From: Podarcis tiliguerta
Taxonomy: Eukaryota
Length of the DNA stretch: 64,000 nt
Assembly (NCBI GenBank): GCA_965153285.1
Contig: OZ229116.1
Reading direction: 5' to 3' (one strand)
Shown here: positions 38,314-48,475 of the stretch, one piece after another
Layout of the letters: each line of letters opens with the position of its first letter
Position numbering within the stretch: position 1 is the first letter of the stretch
The notes under the pieces: model-generated
What the model was told of the DNA's origin: nothing
The model's input: only the letters and a program-made list of their open reading frames with translations
The model's database searches: none
Position numbers and translations under genes: made by a program

Positions 38314-39892
38314 TGTCTTGCCTTGTACTAGCCGACAAATTGCTGAATGAGTTCCCATCTCTCTCGGGAATGTGTTAGGTGGCTGCAGATGACTCATTAT
38401 TGTCGTGCACTTCCTATGCACTCCCAGAACCCCTTATAACTTCCAGGCTCTGTATAAATACTGTCTCAATACTGTAATAGGAATGGAGGGTTTCCAAGTA
38501 GTTGAATGCACACTGTAGTAAGTTACCACTGTCTGTTTTGACTCTCTATTCACCCATCACAAAAGAAAAAAACTCACGGGGCAAGAGACTGAACAGAATT
38601 ACTAGACAGCCTCCCTTTTCTCCTCCTCTTTCTGCTTACAACTTAGACACCCACAAACTTAGACACCCAAATCCAACAAACCACAAACATTTCGATACTA
38701 TCAAGTCATTTGTCTTAAAATGTCAAGTCACACGGTCACCACACAATCCAACAGAATTTGTGGGAAGCACGAGCAAATTGGCTTGCATGGTTTTGCCAAA
38801 TCCTGGGCTCTGTTGTGGAGAGCAAGTTTATATGGCATCAGCAGGCAAAGAAAAGAAGATGTCAACTGCGACTTGCATGGAGATTTGAGCTTACACTGGC
38901 AACTTTCCCAACGCAGCTGAACAAAGAGTAAGAGAAGGCACAGGGTGGTACACAGTAATCTCATGCAATCAGTAATTTTTTCTTCTTCACTCAATCTTCC
39001 CCATACTTCTAAACTTTTATTATTTTTATGCTGCTTCACTCTAATTTAGATCTGCCTTAATTTCCAAGACAAGCTGTTGGAAATAAGGAGACAACTGCTC
39101 TCCCAGAAAGAGGATAACCAGAACTAATGAGCAGCTTTCATTTTGGAGCACACAATTACAATCAAGTTGAACGCGACAGTGAGGGGAGGGGAAAACCAAG
39201 GGGGGGAGGAGGTCTCTTGTGTGGCTGAGGTGTTTCCACCTGGCACTACTTCTACCTGTTCAGTTTGCAAAGGAAGAAAGTGAAGCAGACAGGCAAAGTG
39301 AGAGAAGAAGACGGGAAAACAACAAGGATACATAGGCCACACAAATGTCACATTAAGACAGCTGCCACCACTGAGGTTCTGGGGGAGTGTGTGTGTGTGT
39401 GTGTGTGTGAATGCACCATTAAGTTTTCACATGTACAAGCCTATTTCACATTGAAACCGTCTAACCATCTTAAACAGTCAACTGCAATTCTCTTGATTAC
39501 AATTACTCTCTATCACAATGTGTCATGGAAAATTATAGGAGTGTTCCATCACAACGCGCCTCAGGTTCAGAATTTGTTTACTTTTGCACACAGTAGGCTA
39601 GTACGCCCACTCATAAACCCCTCTCTGCCTTCCTTCCAGGCAAACTGGAGGCATCAATGGCACATTCCAGCTATTGGGGGGGGGGGACCACTCAGTGTGG
39701 GTGTAACTTGTATGGAACAATCCCAGGGATGTTTTTGTGCTGATTTTGTCCTCATACGTTATACACCGCCTTGAAATGTTTCAATAAAAATGCCGATTAT
39801 AAATATGCAAATAAACAGACAGAATGATGACAGGAACCACCACCTAAAGTTTGAGTTTGTGAGAGTGTGGCACTCCATTTGCTAATACTTCT

Positions 39893-39926
<34 letters not shown>

Positions 39927-39990
39927 GACCAACTGCAGTCCCAGGGCAGATTGCAACAATTTAAAATACAACATTAAAAAGAACTTAGAG

Positions 39991-40141
39991 CAGTGGTTCC
40001 CAATTAGCTAAGTACTGTTTTCAAAACCCAGGCCATAGTCCCGTTACTTTTGAACATTTTGATAACTCTATGGTAGTTTTTGTTATGTGGGTGGCGCCAC
40101 AGACCCTCAGAGGTCCACGGACCACCAACTGGGAACTACTG
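39991..40141. mobile_element. hAT (Charlie-like) MITE A
   Basis: TIRs CAGTGGTTCCCA / TGGGAACTACTG; TSD ACTTAGAG on both sides. Confidence 0.85.
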
Positions 40142-40149
40142 ACTTAGAG

Positions 40150-40385
40150 CAGGCATGCCCAGCAGGTAGATTGTGATCTACCAGTAGATCCCTGAACGTC
40201 TGCGGTAGATCACTGGTAGATCATTGGCTCCCCCAAAGAAGTTCAAAAAGCTTGCCCTGCACACCTAAGAAACTGTGCTTTTCCTTCTCTCAAAAAACCC
40301 CAAAACTCAACTTTGACCTGAACCCCCAAAAAGGGGGTAGATCACTGCCAGTAGATCGCAGTCTCTTGGGAGCTGGTCACCCCTG
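40150..40385. mobile_element. hAT (Charlie-like) MITE B
   Basis: TIRs CAGGCATGCCCAGC / GCTGGTCACCCCTG; repeated subterminal GTAGATC; TSD ACTTAGAG on both sides. Confidence 0.85.
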
Positions 40386-40781
40386 ACTTAGAGCATTTGT
40401 CCTGGGTCTATGTAAAATTTTATCAAATTTGTGGCGGCAGTGGCAATAAAGAAGAATCAATCATTCCCCATTGGGGGGCGGGGAGTGATGACTACAGTCC
40501 GAGCGGCACATACAAGTTGCTGCCTGGCTGGAATAAGCTGAAGTGGTACAGCAGCTAAGAGCATGAGCTGGAAAGTCCTTCCACCGCACCCCTCCTGGGT
40601 GGCCTTAAAGCAGCATTTGTCCATTAGCCCCCACCTGCTGCCTGTAATAGGAGGAGGATAGTGTTGGTCAATGTTAACTTGGAATTGCCCGTGCCACACC
40701 CATTTTGTCAATAGCGCAGGTGGTTTTTGTACAATATACTGGGTATTCAGAATAACCGGAAGAGTCCAAAGCTCGTCTTAC

Positions 40782-40907
40782 CTTTGAAGCTTGCCGCAGC
40801 CACCGCAAGTACTCAGTGAAAGTGTCGAAACAGATGTAGTAACTCTGGCTCTGAGGTCCAGAAGAGCTAAATGCTAAACAGTGCTGGTGCTTTTTAACTT
40901 CTTCAAC
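40782..40907 (-). CDS. PHLPP1: PHLPP1 exon 3 (126 nt, phase 0 to 0), PH domain
   Basis: tgcag|GTT GAA; [42 protein letters not shown]; AAG|gtaaga. Confidence 0.96.
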
Positions 40908-41626
40908 CTGCATTTTTAGGGGGAGGGGGGAAAGGGGTTTAAAAAAAAACACAAAACCCAATATGAGTATAGTCAACTATTTTTGATTAAAAAGCTTTAC
41001 TGTGTATTGCAATTAGGGGTAGTTATATTTTTAATAGATTGGTTTTATACTTGCTATTTTGCTGTTGGCTTTTGCTTGTGAACCACCTTGACTTTTCTTT
41101 TTGAAACGAAAGGCAATATTTAAATACTAACAATACTTTTTAAAGATGGAAGCTGAGCCTCTGAATTAACCAGCAGCGGTGCTAAACTAAAGGGTCCTGC
41201 CAATGCAAGGATTTCCTCCTGTGCAACGGAGGAATCTTCTCCCCCCAATCTTCTCCCCCTGCCTTCCTCCCCAGATCTGCTCCAGAGGGTATGGGGAACC
41301 TCAAAGAAGAGATTTAGGGGGTGCACAGAGTGAGGGAGGTGGAGTCCCATCGGAGAAGCAGAAATCTTCACTCTTGAGAGACCAGAGCTGCTTTGCTAAT
41401 CAAGACTCAAAGACTTCCAGTATGACAGAAAAGCGATGTGTACAACATTTAACATTACACAGTTCCCAGAGTGGCTGTGTTGTTGAGGCCAAAGTAAGCC
41501 GAGAACGCCATCCTAAATCATTCAGACTCCATTCATTTGGACTTGTTAAGCATAAGAGTTTTCAAGATCCACAGAATTATGCAAAAATGTTTGGTGCCAT
41601 GCAGGCTGCAATGCTATCTATATTTA

Positions 41627-42000
41627 CCGTATTTTTCACCCTATAGGGCGCACTGGCCCATAGTGCGCACCTCGTTTTTTTGGGGGGGGGAATGAATAAA
41701 AAAAAATTATTCCCCCCCCCAAGCCGCGGGGCTGGGGTGGGTGAAGCCCGAGCTTCCCCGACCCCAGCCCCCAGAACAGGCTGCTATCCGCAAGCCTTGC
41801 GAGCCCGCGGAACTCCCGCTGGGCTTGCAAGGCTTGCGGATAGCTTCCTGAAGCCTGGAGAGCGAGAGGGGTCAGTGCGCACCGACCCCTCTTACTCTCC
41901 AGGCTTCAGCGAAAGCCTGCATTCGCCCCATAGGATGCACACACATTTCCCCTTCATTTTTGGAGGGGGGAAAGTGCGTCCTATAGGGCGAAAAATACGG
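41627..42000. mobile_element. Tc1/mariner (Tc2/Kanga-like) non-autonomous element
   Basis: TA-CCGTATTTTTCACCCTATAGG...CCTATAGGGCGAAAAATACGG; GC/CpG-rich interior. Confidence 0.8.
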
Positions 42001-42390
42001 TGCCTGGAATTAAGCCCCACTGAATACAATGGGACTTCCTTTTGGGTAAACCCTCAAAGGATTACACTTGTCAATCTAGATACCTCTATGAACCAGGATG
42101 TATTACGAGGCCAAGTGGGTCTGAAAGCACAAGGTCACAGTTCTTAACACCTCATTTCAGCTTTACAGCAAGATCTTTTAATTAGCAAGTTGTCAACACC
42201 ACTTCTGCCTCTAAGAGTCACCACACCCTTCTTCGAGGGAAACGGAGCAGCCGATATGCAAAACTGCTGGGGTCCATGAAGTACAGCGTCTGCTGCTAAT
42301 GTATGGGGTGGGGGTGGGGAATCTGTTGCAGAGAAATCTCAATAAAAGGTTTAGTTGGTGCTTTTACAAGATACATTAAATACTCCTGAA

Positions 42391-42915
42391 CATAGCTGTC
42401 AACTTACAGATTTGAAAATAAGGGACCAGCAGCCTCAAAAATAAGGGACCAGCAGCCCAAAATAAGGGATTTTCCGACCACAGGTATGTTCAGCTTCTGA
42501 GCCCCTCTGAGCCAAAGGCAGAAAGCCCAGCCAGCAGCCAAACGAAGCCTCAAGCGGTGGTTCCCACAGCGCAGCAACCCGGCAAAGGGGATGCAACAAG
42601 GAAAACCATCATCACCTCTCCGCTGGGAAGCGCTGAGGAAAGGCGAGTCCCCAGGCAACGCGGCCGATTTGATCGGCACAAGGCGTGTAAGCTCCATCCC
42701 TCCCAGTCGTTCTTAGACTCCTTATTGGGTGAGCAACGCAGCCAAGCAACACAGTTGGAGCCTCCCTCCTCTCTGGCCGGCAGGCAGGGAGGTAGAGGAG
42801 CTGCTTCCTTTGAAACCCGGGAAATTTAAGGGACATCATCAATAAGGGACAGCAGTGGGACAGAGCGCTGGGATAAGGGACTTTCCCACCAAATAAGGGA
42901 CAGTTGCCAGCTATG
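42391..42915. mobile_element. Non-autonomous hAT element (Tip100-like)
   Basis: TIRs CATAGCTGTCAAC / GTTGCCAGCTATG; TSD CTCCTGAA / CTCCTGGA; several subterminal AATAAGGGAC repeats at both ends. Confidence 0.85.
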
Positions 42916-43520
42916 CTCCTGGAAGAATTTTGGCTTTCCCCCTAGTTTCCAAAACTGCATAAAACAGAGCTCTAGCCTCTCTTAAAGCATTTGTTTAAAT
43001 GAACAAGGCTTCCTGCAAGTAAGAGTTTTCTTCCTACGTCTCGTAAGACTAGAACCATTTTTTAAATAATAAAAAAAAAACAACCCTGAATAATTCCAGG
43101 GAAGACTCAAATGCAATGTGTACCCTGCAAATCTTTCCAACTAAAGCAACTTAGATCTACCCATAACTATGAAGGGCTGTTTTGACAAATCACAGAGCTC
43201 CACACACCGTGAAGTGTCAGGGCACATCTACACGTTTCAAAGAACATGGACTGCCTCCAAAGAACAGCTGTTCCATACAGAGTCTTCCCCACCACACACC
43301 CACAACTCAAGCTATGCCATGTCATTCTGTATGCGTTTGCACACATTGCTGGCTGCTTCTGGCAGGGAAACACTGTTGTAACAACTAGATTTATTAGACT
43401 TGCGGAGAGTTTGAAAGAAACACTAAACACGAGGGTCTGTGGGGGCAGATATGTTCCCCTTGGTGGCAGAAAAGGGGGTGGCGAATTCACGTGTTTGTGG
43501 ATACAAAATAATCAGATATC

Positions 43521-43779
43521 TTGGCAGTTCCCTCGCTGCAGGAAGTGAAGTTACAGGGAACCAAGCAGAGGGCCTTCTTGGCAGTGGCACCCGCCCTGTG
43601 GAATGCCCTCCCATCAGATGTCAAACAGAAAAACAATGACACCACTTTTAGAAGACATCTGAAGGCAGTCCTATATCAGGAAACTTTTCATGTACGATGC
43701 TCTGTTGTGTTTTTGTATATCCTGTTGGAAGCCACCCAGAGTGGCTGGGGCAACTGAGTCAGATGGATGGAGCACAATC

Positions 43780-43821
<42 letters not shown>
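43521..43821 (+). mobile_element. L2 LINE 3' end (part of the duplicated block)
   Basis: AVPSLQEVKLQGTKQRAFLAVAPALWNALPSDVK; shares tail and 3' flank with the 19598 copy. Confidence 0.85.
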
Positions 43822-43822
<1 letters not shown>

Positions 43823-44083
43823 TTGCCATATTCTGGACCCAAGTGAAGGTGCTAGTATACAAGAGTTTTTCACAGCTGAAGTCCTCTGTATGTGAAGAAG
43901 TGAGTCATACACTTTTGCCAGCCATTACAGATTTAGTTGTGCTTAGGCATTTAGCACACACTTTTGCCATGACTCAGGCATCGTAGGCCCAGGCTAACCC
44001 TCTGGGAGAAAGTCAGTGCACTCAGGGTTCATTCTGCCCTTGGTTGTCTGCAGAGTGTACCTGCTTGCTCATATCACCGACGG
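43521..44083 (+). repeat. Dispersed intragenic duplicate of 19611-20293 (L2 end, intron 5 sequence, 3' end of exon 5)
   Basis: Colinear and about 90% identical by eye over the ~250-bp non-TE part; both end at ATATCACCGACGG. Confidence 0.92.
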
Positions 44084-44342
44084 AGGGTTGATTGACCCTG
44101 AAGAACAGTATGAGGCAGGTGCTCCTGTTGTAATCCCATCAGTCATGACCTTTGGCAATGCTGACTGGGGCTGGTGGGATACCAGCAAAACCTGGAGTCC
44201 ACAGGTGCCCCATCCCTGTGTTTCTAAGGAAACACTTAAGCAACTGTATTTCTAGAATGGCACCGGTGTGGATGCTGGGAGCTGTGGTTCTCATTACCAA
44301 TTATCATCCAATAAGGGTCATAGTTAGCTAAACCCTGCTTCG

Positions 44343-44645
44343 CCCTGTATACCCAAAGGAGCATCTCTACCCCCATTGTTTAGCCTGGACACTGAGATCT
44401 AGCTCTGAGGGCCTTCTGGTGGTTCTGTGAGAAGTAAAGTTACAGGGAACCAGATGGAGGGCCTTTTTGGTAGTGGTGTCTGCCCTGTGGAATGCTCTCT
44501 GATCAGATTTCAAGGAAATAAATAACTATCCAACATTTAGAAGACATCTGAAGTCAATTGTGTATAGGGAAGTTTTTAATGTTTTATTATGTTTTATACT
44601 TGCTGGGAACCGCTCAGAGTGTGCGTGGGGTAATAATAATAATAG
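44343..44645 (+). mobile_element. L2 LINE 3' end, degenerate
   Basis: GAGCATCTCTACCCCCATTG..GTTACAGGGAACCAG..TTTAGAAGACATCTGAAG, ending in a TAA tail. Confidence 0.8.
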
Positions 44646-44735
44646 TAATCCTAGAAAGAATATGCAAGGGTATGTGAGGAGAAGGAAGAAGATGTGGCCA
44701 AAAATTGGAAGTTGTTAAGCCAGATGTAGAGAATA

Positions 44736-44961
44736 CAGTGGTACCTCGGGTTACATATGCTTCAGGTTACGGACTCTGCTAACCCAGAAATACTACCTCA
44801 GGTTAAGAACTTTGCTTCAGGATGAGAATAGAAATCGTGCTCCGGCGACACGGCAGCAGCAGGAGGCCCCATTAGATAAAGTGGTGCTTCAGGTTAAGAA
44901 CAGTTTCAGGTTAAGAACAGACCTCCGGAACGAATTAAGTACTTAACCTGAGGTACCACTG
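44736..44961. mobile_element. Tc1/mariner (Tigger-like) MITE
   Basis: TA-CAGTGGTACCTCGGGTTA...TAACCTGAGGTACCACTG-TA; close relative of 55682-55906. Confidence 0.87.
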
Positions 44962-46910
44962 TACAGACTAGTAATAACAAAATGCTACTATTTAACACAG
45001 TGATTTAATGACCATTAAGGATGCTGTGTTAAATTTCATTCAAGTCCATAGGTCTAAATCAGATGAAACACATGCATATCAGTGTAAATTGACTCATACA
45101 TTATAGCCTTTATCCAATTCAGTACGAGCCGCTGTATATACACTGAAGCATACAAAGTAGAATAAATTTGCCAGTTTGGGCTGCCTTGCAGTTCCTGCTA
45201 AAACTTTTAATAAATTCTATTCAAGCAAATAATTTAAAAATAGCTACTACTGGGATGTGACCGCTTCTAGTGAGAAAGATGGACTATCTGAATTGTTCAG
45301 TTGTACTGAATTGGTTATTTCTGTCATTCCTGGATTTCTTTCCTTCACCAAAAGCAACACAAAAATTATTTTTCTTTCTTTTTTTGCCAACCTTTAAACA
45401 AACCTTTGGGCAGCTGTTTTGCAAGACTGTAATTCTGAATGCATGATTCCATTTGCCCATTAGCAGCCCACTCAACTTAGTTTGCCAGGACTGCTCAGAA
45501 ACAACAATTTCACATGCCTTTTGAAAACCAAGACCTACCCAAAGATTCAGAGAGGGTGTGCAAGGAAGGTGTGCAGAGGTATAAAGGGAAATATTAATGG
45601 CTGGAGAGCACAAGACAGACCAGCAGATACATTATGTATTGCAGGGCTTTACAACCCAACTGATAGTTGAATTCTTAAAAGTTGCTTTGAAAAAAATGAA
45701 ACAATGCGAACATATGCAACTCCTTGCATGTGTAACAATAAATGAAGTAAGCCAAAGAATGAATGAAAATAAATATCCACACTGCCTTCGGCACAACGCT
45801 GCTTTTTTGCACTGCAACGCTTGCAATTACCACCAATTTGCTGAGCACAACCAAGACAACGTTTTGCCAGCAAACTCTTGCATTCAAGGTGATTACAATT
45901 TTGCAAAGGTGAAACGCTTATTTGAATTGCTCATTTGATTCTTTATCTAGCAATTTTTGAAAATTGACTGCGGTGGTGAATGAACTGCACAGTATGGCTG
46001 GGATACTGACCGTCAGGTTAATTTGGTAGTGTTAATGAGAGCACCACTTACTCATAACACAACCTCTCTCCTGCCATGCCTGTAATACTTTAGAGCAGGC
46101 ACAAGGAACATGTGGTCCACTGTTAGATGATGTTGGGACTCCCATTAGCCTCAGACAGCATGGCGAACTCCCGAGGATCATGGGAGTTGTAGTCCAACTA
46201 CTTCTGGGAGGACTGCAGGCTTTAACAAGGAGTTCCTTAAGATGAAGCTAGCCTAGTGACTTAACTGCTTTCTTAAGCCTCGGAGCCTCTTCAGAGAAGG
46301 AACAGAGTTGTCAAAGCAGTGGCAGAAAACAGGACGCCTCTGTTATTGACTAGGCATGATAAGAACACAACAATCTTCTGACTCTGTCGGGTCAACAGAG
46401 CAGTGTGTTTTGCCTATTGCCCTTCATCGTCAGGGTCAAAGAATTGCTTGTTCAGGTCGCAGCTCAAGACCCCCCCAAACCTGGAAATCAACTCAATGAT
46501 TCTGGGTTGGAAAATAACGGCGCTACCCATGACGCCAACCCATTAAACATTACATCACTAGACCGCCGTAAGATCAGAAGGTGCCGTTTCCAAGGCACAA
46601 TGATGACGCACAGAGTTTAGACAGTATTATGGCAACAAAGCCTTTGCAACGAAGAGTCAGAGATACACAGAAAAGAAATTAAAAATGCAAAATGAACATG
46701 GCTTCTTAAAGCAATTCATGTACATAATTTAACAGAACACGAAGAGGAGAAATAGTATAGTGCAACTGAAAATCTCACCACCCCACTCCCATTAGGATCC
46801 AAATGGAAATGCTGTGTAGCCAGATCTATGCCCAATGGGAAACTTTTACAGGATCTGGTTAATTATTTCTGGTATACCATATATGCAGAGTAACCGAGTG
46901 ATTCACTTGC

Positions 46911-47107
46911 CTTTCCACCGATTAAGGGGAGCACATGCATCTTTCCAGTCTGGCTCTCTTTCACCGATGATACAATTAGGCACGTCCCACAAAGGATAAC
47001 TTGGCGTCTTGTCCATCTGTTGACCGGCAAATGCATTTTCCCTTTTCGAACATTGTACATTCCTGAGAGCTGAATCCGTTCAGAGTTGCCAATGCTGTGG
47101 GGCTTTC
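46911..47107 (-). CDS. PHLPP1: PHLPP1 exon 2 (197 nt, phase 1 to 0), start of PH domain
   Basis: Acceptor tttcag|GA AAG CCC; [65 protein letters not shown]; donor AAG|gcaagt (GC type). Confidence 0.95.
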
Positions 47108-47624
47108 CTGAAATGGAAACAGCAAGCAGCTTTTATCAGTTAAAAAAAAAAAGGAAGCTTTCCTCTTTCAAACACGGCTCAAACGGCGCAAGACAGCGAG
47201 ACAAAATGAAGGCCGTTGTGAGAACCCGCAGGTTCACAGGGCCCTACAACTTAAAAATACACAGCAGTTTATGGAGCTGCACATTTTGATTTCTACAAAC
47301 CCCCCAAGCCATGAACAATGTGGGGTGGGGAAAACAATCTGTGCACACAAAATAGTCCCATGACCTCCAGGACTTTGCACAACTGGTTTCTCCATCTGCA
47401 TGAGAGGATGGATGTCTTGGACCACATCAGAACCCCAGGAGATGGCTCAAAGACTGCAGGGTCAAAGAAGAGGTCCTCTGGCTGTGATTCCTACTGTTAT
47501 TATTAATTATATTTCTTTCACCACAAACTCCCAGGTCTTCCTTTGATACAGATTCTGATAACCCAAGGCCAATCTTGAACGATTTATTGTTTTAGCTGGA
47601 AGCTACCTGGACCATATTAAGACA

Positions 47625-48475
47625 CAGGTAGGTAGCCGTGTTGGTCTGGACATAAATCTGACATCAGGAGTCACAAGACAGAGAAGCCAGTAAGAGAACA
47701 CTTCAATCTCCCAGGACGTTCAGTACAGGATCTCAAAGCAGCTGTCTTATTACAAAAGAATTTCAGATATAGACTTGAAAGAGAAGTTGCTGAATTACAA
47801 CTTATTACTAAACTGAAAACTATGAAGAGACCTCGTATGAAGAGAGATATTGGATTCCTGTCTCATTACATATGCTATTTTTGGTCATCTGCATACTATC
47901 CCTTTGTTTTTCCTGTAGGACTAATTGCAGTCGTCAACAGATTTTCCATACCCATTGAGTTAACCACCCATCTCCTACTACCCTTCTGAGAAAAACCCCA
48001 CCCCACCCTCACACTATATATAAAGGTCTGGCATGCACACGAAAGCTTATACCCAGAACAAACTTAGCTGGTCTCTAAGGTGCTACACGGGTGGCAATGT
48101 GGTCTAAACCACTGAGCCTCTTGTGCTTGCCGATCAGAAGGTTAGCGGTTCGAATCCCCGCAACCGGGTGAGCTCCTGTTGCTTTGTCCCAGCTCCTGCC
48201 AACCTAGCAGTTCGAAAGCATGCCAAAAAAAGTAGATAAATAGGTACCACTCTGATGGGAAGGTAAACAGCATTTCCATGCACTGCTCTGGTTTTGGTGT
48301 TCCGTTGCGCCAGAAGCAGCTTAGGCATGCTGACCACATGACCCAGAAAACCTGTCTGCGGACCAACACTGGCACCCTTGGCCTGTAAAGCGAAATGAGC
48401 ACCGCAACCCCAGAGTCGCCTGCAACTGGACTTAACTGTCAGGGGTCCTTTACCTTTTAAGGTGCTACTGGACAA
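47625..48475 (+). mobile_element. Penelope-like element 3' fragment (GIY-YIG endonuclease C-terminus and pLTR) with short inverted 5' piece
   Basis: 47648-47875 reads GHKSDIRSHKTEKPVREHFNLPG..RLEREVAELQLITKLKT..RDIGFLSHY; pLTR-like GCACACGAAAGCTTATACC..GGTCTCTAAGGTGCTACTGGAC; TSD CATATTAAGACA at 47613-47624 and 48476-48487. Confidence 0.85.
48087..48457 (+). mobile_element. Sauria SINE (divergent subfamily) nested in the Penelope-like element
   Basis: Variant internal segment; TSD TAAGGTGCTAC at 48076-48086 and 48458-48468. Confidence 0.88.

Larger units (their letters stand above)
8637..47107 (-). other. PHLPP1: PHLPP1 gene body, partial (exons 2-10 with introns); gene continues past both window edges
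   Basis: Nine exons with compatible phases join into a 1384-nt open frame matching PHLPP1 PH and LRR domains. Residues such as [30 protein letters not shown] and [17 protein letters not shown] fit PHLPP1 rather than PHLPP2 as I recall them. Confidence 0.97.

Noticed and set aside
41627-42000. GC/CpG-rich patch as a CpG-island promoter
   Set aside because: It lies entirely inside a TIR-bounded DNA transposon.
42391-42915. Spaced AATAAGGGAC repeats resembling a CRISPR-like or iteron array
   Set aside because: They are subterminal transposase-binding repeats of a hAT element bounded by TIRs and an 8-bp TSD; the context is eukaryotic.
40782-47107. Assignment to PHLPP2
   Set aside because: Peptide motifs match PHLPP1 ([33 protein letters not shown]); the PHLPP2 equivalents differ as I recall them.
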